A DNA stretch of 64,000 bases from an uncultured Thermoplasmata archaeon (lineage in GTDB: Archaea; Thermoplasmatota; Thermoplasmata; UBA10834), in NCBI GenBank assembly GCA_963705355.1, contig OY970070.1:1906960-1970959 (forward strand), read 5' to 3'. The notes under the pieces were generated by a model. That model was not told where the DNA came from and ran no database searches. It saw nothing but the letters and a program-made list of their open reading frames with translations. Positions 55,741 to 64,000 of this stretch are shown piece by piece. The translations under genes were made by a program, and so were the position numbers. The stretch's first letter is position 1; each line of letters begins with the position of its first letter.

Positions 55741-55815
55741 CCCGAGAAAAGACCTCTATGTTGATGTGTCCCCGCCTCAGCATAACATCCACAGGGGAGG
55801 AAAGGCGATTCGGAC

Positions 55816-56319
55816 CTATTGTGACCCCACAGGAACCGGTTTTCTAGCCCTGTAATTAACTGACAACCAGCGAGCTGCAATGGGAACCGAAATCCCCAAG
55901 ACGAGCGTGCCATATTGCATGATGCTGATGCTTGAGTTGGTTCCTGTCCCCATCGCGAAGACGAACCCCCCTGCGGTAAGAACGAGGCCAAGGATGTATT
56001 CATTCGTACCGTGTTTCTCCTCGTCCTTCACATACAGAGGTTTCGATATGAACCACACACCTACCCACATGAAGAAAGTGCAAGCACCCACGAATCCAAT
56101 CGTGAGTTCTCGGTCAAATAGCGCAGCAACCAGCTTGCTCTGTCCAAACAAGGCGAGAACAACTCCAATCAAGAAGACTGCCACATACACTGGTCTCCTG
56201 AGGACTAGTTCCTTTCCTCGCTTCTCAAGGTCGAGCAAGACAAGCGCGAGTACCACTCCCATCAAGACGCCTGTAACCGCAGCGTCGTACAGGTCTTTCA
56301 GCAGCATTACTTCGTCCAT
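55816..56319 (-). CDS. polytopic membrane protein, hypothetical
   Basis: 167 aa with 4-5 TM helices. Confidence 0.45.
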   Translation of the reverse strand: MDEVMLLKDLYDAAVTGVLMGVVLALVLLDLEKRGKELVLRRPVYVAVFLIGVVLALFGQSKLVAALFDRELTIGFVGACTFFMWVGVWFISKPLYVKDEEKHGTNEYILGLVLTAGGFVFAMGTGTNSSISIMQYGTLVLGISVPIAARWLSVNYRARKPVPVGSQ

Positions 56320-56445
56320 TTGCCATTTTCTCCGAGCGCCTGGTTGTGCACCATACGCTCGGCATAGGTATCACATTCGGCATTATTAGCGCTCTGCTTC
56401 ATTTCGCGATTGACTCCTATGAGGCGGTTCCTTGCTAGGAAGAAG

Positions 56446-56520
56446 GGGTTTGCGGCAGCCCGCAAGCCTCTTTGATTGATTCTCAGCCAGTCATCGGAGT
56501 TCAAATCCCGGCGGGAGCAC
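56446..56520 (+). repeat. 75-nt structured direct repeat, copy 1 (tRNA T-arm-like GTTCAAATC core)
   Basis: gggtttgcggcagcccgcaagcc...gccagtcatcggagttcaaatcccggcgggagcac. The hairpin GCGG-cagc-CCGC covaries with GCAG-caac-CTGC in copy 2. Confidence 0.5.
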
Positions 56521-56570
56521 TTCTTCGATCCGGCGGCGACGGGAGCCGTCTGTGCTGGGATGTCATCACC

Positions 56571-57131
56571 TTAGAGGAAGTACTTCGGCCCTGTACTCCA
56601 CGCGTAGAGTACCCCTTCGTCAATCACGAAATCGTAGCTTGTCCAATAAGAGTTGGGGCCTCCCCTCCATGTCACGGTCAGCATGTATGTTACTTCCTCC
56701 ACGAATCCTGAACCGTTCACGACCGAGATCACGAAGTAGTCCTCCTGGCCGAAAGCGCCGTCCCCTGTGATGTCGGTGAGATTCAGCGAGAGAGTGAGGT
56801 TGCCTGCGGTCCTAGTTCCAAGGTTCACCGTCGCGGAACGACCTGTGTTAAGCAACTGTGAGGCATTGAGTGCGTCCCAGCTGCTGCTTCCATTAGAAAA
56901 GCTTATCCAAGGAGCACCGTAATGGTACTGGACCAGGGCAGCGTTATCTCCCGTCCACTTGATACCTTCTGGGACAAGCGACAACGGAGTGTGTTCTGAT
57001 GGAAACTCAGGCTTGGAGAGTATCGTATACAAAGCGTAGGAGACCCCACTGGCAAGGATGCAAACACACAGTACGACCACTATGAAGATCCTTGGTCGTC
57101 GATGCGCGAATTGCCGAACCCTTTCCGTCAT
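56571..57131 (-). CDS. signal-anchored extracellular protein, hypothetical
   Basis: N-terminal TM anchor (IFIVVVLCVCILASGVSYALY), then a beta-rich domain with N-x-S/T sequons. The ORF opens at 57242 (TTG), and Met38 is the likelier start. Confidence 0.45.
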   Translation of the reverse strand: MTERVRQFAHRRPRIFIVVVLCVCILASGVSYALYTILSKPEFPSEHTPLSLVPEGIKWTGDNAALVQYHYGAPWISFSNGSSSWDALNASQLLNTGRSATVNLGTRTAGNLTLSLNLTDITGDGAFGQEDYFVISVVNGSGFVEEVTYMLTVTWRGGPNSYWTSYDFVIDEGVLYAWSTGPKYFL

Positions 57132-57251
57132 GGAGCCGCTAGCCACTCCTCCTAGAACGCATTGCCTGTTCCGTCTCATATAGCTTCGTCTCCCGATGAC
57201 GAAACGGTCAAGAACGAGTAAACAGCCCGAATAAACAACCAATAGAGCGAT

Positions 57252-57322
57252 GGGTTTGCAGCAACCTGCATTCCGATTGACTGTCGAGCCAGTCGTCAGA
57301 ATTCAAATTCAGGCAGGAGCAC
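57252..57322 (+). repeat. 71-nt structured direct repeat, copy 2
   Basis: gggtttgcagcaacctgcattcc...gccagtcgtcagaattcaaattcaggcaggagcac. About 75% identity to copy 1, with the same flanks gggtttgc...gccagtc...ttcaaat...ggagcac. Confidence 0.5.
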
Positions 57323-57497
57323 CTAATCTCATGTTGTTGGAGAAGAATGCGAAAGGGTTTGGGGGGACGGACGACGAATGTTGAGCGTTTGCAGCATGTT
57401 GTTGTTTATACTTTCGACTTCCTCGGTGTAAGGTAGTTTATACCCTCTGCACCTTGTAGCTCCTTGATCTGCCGAGCGTGCTGAAAGTGGGAGAAGA

Positions 57498-58460
57498 ATG
57501 ATCCAGCTGGGCAACGGCATCCTGATCGAGGTTGATGGCTGCTCGTTCAGGTTCGATCCGAAGCGAGTTCTTCTCGGCGAGACGAGCATGATATCTCACG
57601 CCCACTCAGACCACCTTCCGAGTTCTTTCAAGCAGATGTCGGCGATATGTTCTCCTGTCACGAGAGATTTCATCAAGGCGCGGAGGAACAAGGAGATCGG
57701 GATAGACTCCGATGACCGTGTGAAGGAGCTTGAGGCCGGGCACATCGCGGGCTCGAGAATGTTCTTCGTTAGCGGGGACACGCGGGTCCTGTACACGGGC
57801 GATTTCTGCACGAGGGAGAAAGCAAACACAGAAGCAGCAAAGCCGCACAAATGCGACATCCTGATCACCGAGGCAACCTACGGCAAACCGCAGTACATCT
57901 TTCCAGACCACGAAGAGATCATGTCAGTCGCAAGGGATTGGGTGCGAGACATAGTGAAGAGGGATGGATGCGCAGTCCTCTTCGCTTATCCACTCGGAAA
58001 GTCACAGGAGCTCACGGCCTACTTCAGAGATCTTCCGTTGGTCCTTCACCCTGCGATTGCCGAGAACAACCGGATACTCAGGAGGCATGGCTACGAGCTC
58101 GCCCAGACGGAATTCGATGCTCATCGGACGAAGCCGCCGTTCGTGTACATCACGTCTGGATTGGGCAAGGACGCGCCTCGTGTGCAGTCGTTGAGAAAGC
58201 ACGGAGCCAAGACGGCAGCATTCTCAGGATGGGCATTGGAGAAGGGTTTCAGATACCAGTCCGGGGTCGACGAAGCGTTCCCGGTTTCGGACCATTGCGG
58301 TTTCGACGAACTCACGGAGTTCATCAGAAGGTGCAGTCCCCAAAACGTTTTCACGAATCACGGGTTCTCAAAAGAGTTGGCGATGCATGTGCGTCGCTCG
58401 CTGGGGATTCAGGCTCAGCCGTTGGTTGCCAGGCAGAGGACTTTGGATCACTTCTGCTGA
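57498..58460 (+). CDS. MBL-fold metallo-hydrolase (possibly beta-CASP-related)
   Basis: HAHSDH motif plus downstream His/Asp ligands. 320 aa. Confidence 0.65.
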   Translation: MIQLGNGILIEVDGCSFRFDPKRVLLGETSMISHAHSDHLPSSFKQMSAICSPVTRDFIKARRNKEIGIDSDDRVKELEAGHIAGSRMFFVSGDTRVLYTGDFCTREKANTEAAKPHKCDILITEATYGKPQYIFPDHEEIMSVARDWVRDIVKRDGCAVLFAYPLGKSQELTAYFRDLPLVLHPAIAENNRILRRHGYELAQTEFDAHRTKPPFVYITSGLGKDAPRVQSLRKHGAKTAAFSGWALEKGFRYQSGVDEAFPVSDHCGFDELTEFIRRCSPQNVFTNHGFSKELAMHVRRSLGIQAQPLVARQRTLDHFC

Positions 58461-59422
58461 TCTTCCTGGGCAGAGCTGCCCCAAGATCTCAAGTATGTCC
58501 CCGTGGGCATGAACACCCTCGAGACATCGACCGCGAATCCTTCCGAGCGCTTCATGATCTCCTCGGAATCCATGAGCGACGTGCCAAGGGCGACGCCCTC
58601 TCCGCTGAGGGTCATGATCGCAACAGTTCCCCTCTTCTTGATGCGTTCGTCTAGAGACACTATCCCGGGGACGGCGAGGTTCGCACCGTGGCAGATCGCA
58701 TCGACCGCAGAGTCCTTGATCTCGATCTTGGGCATCTGGGCAAGAAGTACTTCCTTCGGCCTCAGCATCTTCCTGAGCGGACCGCTATCGCCAGCTTTGT
58801 GCTCCTCGTAGGCGTCCTTGAGGTCATGCAGAGAGACGGCGTCGTCCTCCGTCAGCACCCCCGCCCTCGTTCGCCTGAGATCCTGAAGATGCGCTCCCAG
58901 AGCTATGGCATCGCCGATGTCGACGCATAGGCTGCGGATGTAGGTCCCCGCCTCGCAGTCGACCTTGAAGAGCACATCACGGCCGGAGATCTCCAGCAGC
59001 GAGAGAGAGGTTATCCTTCTCGTCCTCAACTCTCTCTTGACGGCGGAACGCATGGGCGGGGTCTGATAGATCTCGTCTGTGAACTCCTTGAAGATCTCCT
59101 CCAGCCGTTTCCGATCGGCGTTGCCATGCATTCGCATCACGCCGACGTACGCCTTGGTCCCGTAGTGCAGCGTATCCATCGCGCGCACCGCGTTCCCCAA
59201 TCCAACCGGCAGAACGCCCGTGACTCGAGGGTCCAGAGTGCCTCCGTGGGCGGACTTCTTGGCGCCGACCATGTCCCCAACCCAGCTAGTTACTTGGTGT
59301 GAAGTCGGACCAGCCGGCTTGTCGATGACGACAACGCCGTCCTCCAGGAGCTCGTCGACCGTGCGTTCCTCGGGCCTTTTGCCCTTTCCTGAGCTAATCG
59401 GCCTCTTGGATTTCACGAGCAT
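58448..59422 (-). CDS. cbf5: H/ACA RNP pseudouridine synthase Cbf5 (TruB family plus PUA domain)
   Basis: TruB catalytic block GTLDPRVTGVLPV (catalytic Asp). C-terminal PUA. 324 aa. Confidence 0.9.
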   Translation of the reverse strand: MLVKSKRPISSGKGKRPEERTVDELLEDGVVVIDKPAGPTSHQVTSWVGDMVGAKKSAHGGTLDPRVTGVLPVGLGNAVRAMDTLHYGTKAYVGVMRMHGNADRKRLEEIFKEFTDEIYQTPPMRSAVKRELRTRRITSLSLLEISGRDVLFKVDCEAGTYIRSLCVDIGDAIALGAHLQDLRRTRAGVLTEDDAVSLHDLKDAYEEHKAGDSGPLRKMLRPKEVLLAQMPKIEIKDSAVDAICHGANLAVPGIVSLDERIKKRGTVAIMTLSGEGVALGTSLMDSEEIMKRSEGFAVDVSRVFMPTGTYLRSWGSSAQEDQQK

Positions 59423-59960
59423 GTTCCACCTCTGCCTTCCTTGCCTTCTCCACGATCAACTCCGCGATCTTGTCTGCAGGGGTGCTTGAGGAGTCGACCC
59501 ACAAATCATAGACTGCTCTATCCGAAGGATCTACGCCATAATACGCGAGGTACCTCTTCTTTTCCGATCTCTCTCGTGAACGAATGTCCTTCAGCACCGA
59601 ATCGGCGCTCTTGCCCTCCCTGCGGGCTATCCTATCGGCCCTTACCTGCTCTGAAGCTTCGATGAACGCTGCGAACACAGGGACTCTCTTCGCCTTCAGG
59701 ATAAGACCTGCCAGCCTTCCCTCGATGACGATGTTTTCATTCGCCTTGGCGAGCGCGACCATGCGCTCGTCCAGCTCCTTGTCGATGGTCTCGTCCTCCT
59801 CGGCAAGCCTCCCGAAGGTCTCGAGGTCCACCTTGCGCTCCATCGCCATCTGTCTGAAGATCTGGCCCACGAGGATGAAATCGCAGTCGAGCCGGTTTGC
59901 GACGAGCATGCATATGGTTGTCTTTCCGCTTCCAGGTGGTCCGGAAATCGCTATCCTCAT
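59394..59960 (-). CDS. cmk: cytidylate kinase (archaeal Cmk)
   Basis: P-loop ISGPPGSGKTT. About 188 aa. It lies between cbf5 and the DUF106/secY genes, as in archaeal ribosomal clusters. Confidence 0.75.
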   Translation of the reverse strand: MRIAISGPPGSGKTTICMLVANRLDCDFILVGQIFRQMAMERKVDLETFGRLAEEDETIDKELDERMVALAKANENIVIEGRLAGLILKAKRVPVFAAFIEASEQVRADRIARREGKSADSVLKDIRSRERSEKKRYLAYYGVDPSDRAVYDLWVDSSSTPADKIAELIVEKARKAEVEHAREIQEAD

Positions 59961-60673
59961 CGGCGGGCTCCCACTTCTTCAGGCTCCGTCTCACGCGTCT
60001 CTTCAATCGCCCCCGACTCCAGTTCGCGCAGCCTTCTGCCAAAACTGAAGTACTTCAGGACCCTCGTGAGGACCTGCCCGAACGGCAGAGTCAAGAGCGA
60101 GTAGAGCAGGATCCAGTTGGGCAGCACATTCGAGTGCTTCATGTCAGCGTTGAAGGCCCACGGGACCGAGAAAGCGGTCGATTGCAGGTCAAGATACACG
60201 AAGTTCGCGAGCCATGCGAATATCGGGATTATCACAAGCATGGTCACGGGCATCAGCTTCAGCTGCGTCTGGGAAGCCTTGAGCGACTGCGCCATGATCT
60301 GAGGCTGCAGCTCTGTCAGCTTCTTCAGCTTGTACGTGTTGTTGCTGGTTCTGGCCTCTCGGAGCTCCTTTTGAAAGGCAGATGTGATCCTGGCGTTCCT
60401 GGCCTGCCCAATCCAGTCCGAGAACAGATGTCTCACGGTGATGCTGAAGAAGCTCATCAGCAGACCCGTGAGCAGGAGGGTGAGGATCGGCTCGTGCCCG
60501 TTGAAACCAACCAAGGGCGTGAGCGGTATACCCACCAGCTTTCCGAGCCCCTGCCGCAGGTTCTGGTCGAACATCACGATCATCGCCGTGATGAACGCCA
60601 TCATGACGATCATCTGGTTGCCGACGCCTGCAGTCGGCGGTCTCGGTCCTCGAGGAGCGCCCGAGCTAGCCAT
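59957..60673 (-). CDS. DUF106 / EMC3-Get1-YidC-like archaeal membrane insertase homolog
   Basis: 238 aa with 3 TM helices and a coiled-coil cytoplasmic hairpin (ELREARTSNNTYKLKKLTELQPQIMAQ). Conserved position next to secY. Confidence 0.7.
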   Translation of the reverse strand: MASSGAPRGPRPPTAGVGNQMIVMMAFITAMIVMFDQNLRQGLGKLVGIPLTPLVGFNGHEPILTLLLTGLLMSFFSITVRHLFSDWIGQARNARITSAFQKELREARTSNNTYKLKKLTELQPQIMAQSLKASQTQLKLMPVTMLVIIPIFAWLANFVYLDLQSTAFSVPWAFNADMKHSNVLPNWILLYSLLTLPFGQVLTRVLKYFSFGRRLRELESGAIEETRETEPEEVGARR

Positions 60674-60677
60674 CTGT

Positions 60678-62261
60678 TCACTCGCCTCCGAAGAAGCCTC
60701 TCAGCACTGGATGCATCTCCATCATCTGCTCGCGGCCGATCGCGTCGTACAGTTGGATCATGATGCCCACTGAAAGCAGCACGCCTGTGCCTGAAGCGTT
60801 TCCGACGGTTCCTATGAGATCCGCGCCTGATGCCAGCGCGCCAACAGTCGCTCCAGAAATGACTGTCACCACGGGGATGTACCTCTCGAGCACTCTTTTG
60901 AGCACCCTCGGGTCCCTCCTGAATCCGGGGATCTGCATCCCGCTCGACTCGATCTGGCCCGCAACCGCTTCCGGGCCCATGTTCGTGGTTTCGATCCAGA
61001 ATCTGGCAAACAGCACGGAACCGCCCACCATGACGCCGACGTAGATGAGCACATGTATGGCTATCTGAAGCCTGGTCTTGTTCAGCCCCGTGGCATTGAG
61101 ATAGCTGTTGCTGAGCAGAGGCAAGAGCCAATCGCCCACGCCGTTCGACGACGACACGTAATAAGCCAGCCCACCGGACGGATGCGTTTTGCCCGCTGCA
61201 TAGTATCCGAGCATCCAGTTGTGGCCCAGTATCGGCACATGCTCAAATGCGGGGTGGCTCCAGAATAGCATTGAGAACATGCTCACGTTCGCCAGCAGGG
61301 CCGCCATGAGTATGACCGGTATGTTGGACGCGTAGATCAGCTTGATCGGGTACCTGCCCCTCGCACCCCGCGCGGTCCCGTGTGCGAGCGGGAGTTCGAT
61401 TCTGCTGGATTCCGTGTACGCGACGAAGAAGAAAATGGCGACAGTACCTATGAGCGCGACCATAGGGTTCGGCTGCGCGAGGAATATGCGTTCATAGCCT
61501 CCGTTCGAAAGCTGAGCGGCGGACATGTGGTGGAACAGGTAGATCGTCTTCGGGATGGTCCCCGCAGGAGGATTGCTGGACATGTCCAGCGGCTTCGAGC
61601 CATCGACAGGGTGCCAGTTGATCGATCCCGTGAAGATCTGCTGCGCTACCCCCGCGGCGATGAACAGGGATATGCCGCTCCCGATCCCCCACTTTGAGAC
61701 CACCTCGTCCATCAGGAACACAAGGTACGAGCCGACGAACAGCTGAATGACTATGAGGGACCTCGCGAAACTCGCACCATGTCCCGTCCAGAAGCTCTCC
61801 ATGTTGCTGACGAATTTTGTGGAGGGTTCCATGAAGCCGTAGACCTGGGGCGCGGCCTCGACGACTATCATGATGATGACCATGAGCTTCTGCGTGCCCT
61901 GGTAGACCGCCTTGTCCTCTTCTTTCTTCAGATCGAGCTTGATGATCTTCGCGCCCGTGAAGAGCTGCATGATGATCGAGCCGGTGACGATGGGACCGAT
62001 TCCGAGGTGCATCAACGAGAATTGCGCACCCGCGAGTATCGCCCTGTACTGGGCGAACAGATCGACTCCTCCTGTCGTGCTCAGCCCATAGATCATGATG
62101 TTGGTCATCGCGAAGTAAAGCACTAGTATGAGGATGATCCACATCATCTTCGTCCGGAAGTGCACGTGCCCTTCAGGCCTCGTCACCGCGGGCAGCCTGT
62201 CCGTCAGTGGCTTGAGCTTGTAGAGCATGCTCTTCTCTTCGTCCTCCTCAGCCATCTGCAC
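60678..62261 (-). CDS. secY: preprotein translocase subunit SecY
   Basis: 10 TM helices with SecY blocks (LKPLTDRLPAVTRPEGHVHFRTKMMWI, GIGSGISLFIAAGV). Confidence 0.9.
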   Translation of the reverse strand: MQMAEEDEEKSMLYKLKPLTDRLPAVTRPEGHVHFRTKMMWIILILVLYFAMTNIMIYGLSTTGGVDLFAQYRAILAGAQFSLMHLGIGPIVTGSIIMQLFTGAKIIKLDLKKEEDKAVYQGTQKLMVIIMIVVEAAPQVYGFMEPSTKFVSNMESFWTGHGASFARSLIVIQLFVGSYLVFLMDEVVSKWGIGSGISLFIAAGVAQQIFTGSINWHPVDGSKPLDMSSNPPAGTIPKTIYLFHHMSAAQLSNGGYERIFLAQPNPMVALIGTVAIFFFVAYTESSRIELPLAHGTARGARGRYPIKLIYASNIPVILMAALLANVSMFSMLFWSHPAFEHVPILGHNWMLGYYAAGKTHPSGGLAYYVSSSNGVGDWLLPLLSNSYLNATGLNKTRLQIAIHVLIYVGVMVGGSVLFARFWIETTNMGPEAVAGQIESSGMQIPGFRRDPRVLKRVLERYIPVVTVISGATVGALASGADLIGTVGNASGTGVLLSVGIMIQLYDAIGREQMMEMHPVLRGFFGGE

Positions 62262-62306
62262 CCTTCCTTGATCCAGGCGTTTCCGGTCTTACCTCTGGTC
62301 CGATTC

Positions 62307-62732
62307 TCATTCGTTGATTAACGCCCCGCCGGCGCCCTTAAGCTTCTCCTGCGCCGATGCGGAAGCCTCCGCCACCCTCACCGATATAGCGGTCGTGATC
62401 CTGCCCGACCCGAGCAGCTTGTCGACGCCCATCTTGGTCAGGTCCACGCTCCACTTTCCGTCCTTCTGAACCGCGAACCCATCCTTCGCCAGCGACGGGA
62501 GCGCTTGTTCGACCTCAGAGAGGTTCATGGTGACCTTGTCGCTCACGACGGACTGCGGTCTTTTGAACCCGTGGTGGCCGAAATAATCAGGACAGTATTT
62601 AACGACGCTTATCCACTTGTGCTTGTGAAGTCCGGCATTCCCTCGGCCGCCCCTGAGGCCAGCTCCTCGTCCGGCCTTCTTGCCGCGACCGTGCGTTCTG
62701 CTACCTCTGAACTTGCTCGTCCTGCTGACCAT
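62307..62732 (-). CDS. rpl15: 50S ribosomal protein uL15 (L15P)
   Basis: KFRGSRTHGRGKKAGRGAGLRGGRGNAG is Gly/Arg-rich as in uL15. Confidence 0.9.
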   Translation of the reverse strand: MVSRTSKFRGSRTHGRGKKAGRGAGLRGGRGNAGLHKHKWISVVKYCPDYFGHHGFKRPQSVVSDKVTMNLSEVEQALPSLAKDGFAVQKDGKWSVDLTKMGVDKLLGSGRITTAISVRVAEASASAQEKLKGAGGALINE

Positions 62733-63221
62733 CTACTTCCCCTCCGAGGGCTTGGCAAGCATTCGGTCTAGCAGCTTCTCGATCTCCGCGCCTCTATATC
62801 CGAGCGAGCCGCGGTCGACGTACGATCGCTTCGTGTTTCTGTAGCCTTGCCTCGGCGGCGGGAGCCTGAGGACCGGCTTCAGCCCCTTCACATCTGTGAG
62901 CTTCGCCTCTCCCTTGTCGATCGCCTTCGCGAGCGACAGTATCGAAGTGTACTCCGAGTTATCTTTGACGTATGCGTCTGTCACCCTGCCGCCTCCGACG
63001 ACCTCGCCTCTCTGGAACAGCAGCCGCGCGAGCGTCTCGTGCGTGAGTTCTCCCCAGGTGACATAGTCCTTCACGACCTGGAGCATCCCGTTTGTGGTGT
63101 CGTTCTGCGGGAGCACGACACAGTGGTTCACTCTTGTCAGCTTCATCATGTCCATGGTCTCGACGGCCTGGTGCTGAATCTTCGCGTGCCCTCGGACCCT
63201 CACTATGGCCAATGCCGGCAT
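62733..63221 (-). CDS. rpl30: 50S ribosomal protein uL30 (L30P)
   Basis: MPALAIVRVRGHAKIQHQAVETMDMMKLTRVNHCVV. Start at Met27 of the ORF. Confidence 0.85.
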   Translation of the reverse strand: MPALAIVRVRGHAKIQHQAVETMDMMKLTRVNHCVVLPQNDTTNGMLQVVKDYVTWGELTHETLARLLFQRGEVVGGGRVTDAYVKDNSEYTSILSLAKAIDKGEAKLTDVKGLKPVLRLPPPRQGYRNTKRSYVDRGSLGYRGAEIEKLLDRMLAKPSEGK

Positions 63222-63222
63222 C

Positions 63223-63942
63223 CTACTTCGCCTCCTTCGGCCCTTCCGGGGCATCCTCTGCCGTCTCCGGTGGCTCCTCTTGTGAAGTGCCAGCGACATG
63301 GATTTGGACAGGCCCGGTCATTATCTGGAGCCTGCTCTTCTGCTCGTCCGTGACCCTCAACTGTGAGGTTCTCCTGAGGGCCTCGAACGCCGCGATCGAG
63401 TTGTTGATGGTCGTCTTGGTGTGGCCCTTCGTGAAGCCCCACGCGTCCTTTATCCCGGCCATGCGCAGCACGCTCTTCGCGATGTCCCCCACGGCCAGCC
63501 CAGTGCCGCGAGGGGCGGGCTTTAGAGTCACGACGACGGAACCTGAGTGGCCGGTCACCTCGAACGGAAGCGAGTGAGGTGTCAAGCAGCCGCATTGCCA
63601 CGAGCCGCAGCCTCTCTTGATCTCGATGACGTTCAGCTTGGCGACGTCGATCGCCGCCCTGATGGCGGGCCCGACCTCCTTTCCTTTCAGCCTTCCGAGT
63701 CCTACATAGCCGTCGTAGTTGCCCACGACGACGGTGATCGCGAACCTGACCCTCCTTCCGGAGTCCGTCATCCTCTGGACCATGTTCACATCGAGGACTT
63801 CGTCGGCCAGATCCGGAAGCAGTATGTCCACGATCTCGGGCTCCCTGAGGGGCAGCCTGGTCTTCAGCGCCTCGCTCATGGTGGCTATCTTGCCCTCGGC
63901 GACCAGCCTGCCCAGCCTCGTCTTCGGCGTCCAATCACTCAT
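63223..63942 (-). CDS. rps5: 30S ribosomal protein uS5 (S5P)
   Basis: Conserved block [44 protein letters not shown] at 63942 (the ORF opens at GTG 63951). Confidence 0.9.
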   Translation of the reverse strand: MSDWTPKTRLGRLVAEGKIATMSEALKTRLPLREPEIVDILLPDLADEVLDVNMVQRMTDSGRRVRFAITVVVGNYDGYVGLGRLKGKEVGPAIRAAIDVAKLNVIEIKRGCGSWQCGCLTPHSLPFEVTGHSGSVVVTLKPAPRGTGLAVGDIAKSVLRMAGIKDAWGFTKGHTKTTINNSIAAFEALRRTSQLRVTDEQKSRLQIMTGPVQIHVAGTSQEEPPETAEDAPEGPKEAK

Positions 63943-64000
63943 CAGTCGCACCTCCGATCTTGCTCTTTGCGCCTTCGAACATCGCAGCCGTGCCCTCTCG
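63935..64000 (-). CDS. rpl18: 50S ribosomal protein uL18 (L18P), 3' end only (partial at window edge)
   Basis: The frame is open to the window end, with stop TGA overlapping the rps5 ATG (ATGAGTGA). The assignment is by conserved L18-S5-L30-L15-SecY synteny. Confidence 0.4.
   Translation of the reverse strand, partial: REGTAAMFEGAKSKIGGATDE

Noticed and set aside
56446-57322. Interpretation of the two repeats as complete tRNA genes or tRNA 3' halves
   Set aside because: No acceptor, D and anticodon arms could be folded around the T-loop-like core. They are reported as a structured repeat instead.
1-64000. Search for CRISPR arrays, rRNA genes and IS/transposase genes
   Set aside because: No regularly spaced short repeats were found. 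There are no 16S, 23S or 5S signatures and no transposase or integrase ORFs.

Overview
This is a high-GC archaeal chromosomal segment, probably euryarchaeal and Thermoplasmata-like. The protein families seen (EMC3/DUF106, Cbf5, aNAC, an FTR-like 'FDR', split GOGAT, Nfn/SudAB) support that placement. All gene calls rest on motif reading of the supplied ORF translations; nothing was searched.

Gene content, in order:
- 1-4 kb: an MttB-superfamily methyltransferase, an MFS transporter and an OB-fold SSB-like protein.
- 4.3-14.4 kb: an operon of an FAD-oxidase/Fe-S fusion, two GltB FMN-domain paralogs, a GATase-II+GXGXG fusion and an NfnAB/SudAB-like pair. This is a split archaeal glutamate synthase with its own NAD(P)H module.
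- 14.5-17.1 kb: a cytoplasmic GAF-GAF histidine kinase preceded by an FTR-like disulfide reductase and a glutaredoxin.
- 17.2-18.8 kb: a two-gene module, a minimal CARF-like Rossmann protein followed by a PIN-domain protein.
- 19-28 kb: TPR protein, SAM methyltransferase, tRNA-Asp, an ABC-2 transporter (permease with a pentapeptide-repeat loop), aNAC, phosphoglycolate phosphatase and MptA.
- 28-34 kb: RNase HII, SCP2 protein, initiator-like tRNA-Met with an adjacent HTH plus double-LAGLIDADG protein, GlmU-like and GlmS.
- 34-36 kb: an operon of a TPD/CDIN1-like nuclease and a membrane-embedded Cas4-like nuclease.
- 36-48 kb: GldA, AlaX, a split GlcD/HdrD-like dehydrogenase, HD hydrolase, EamA, flavodiiron protein, two phosphoribosyltransferases and a TctA-like permease.
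- 48.5-55.4 kb, the most unusual locus: an operon of a catalytically dead RadA/RadB paralog, a small ORF and a catalytically dead family-B DNA polymerase carrying a mini-intein and an apparent frameshift. It is divergently paired with a membrane/coiled-coil protein ending in a degenerate KaiC/RadA-like domain.
- 56.4-57.3 kb: two imperfect 75-nt direct repeats with compensatory substitutions.
- 57.5-64 kb: MBL hydrolase, Cbf5, Cmk, DUF106/EMC3, SecY, uL15, uL30, uS5 and partial uL18.

No rRNA, CRISPR array or obvious transposon was seen.
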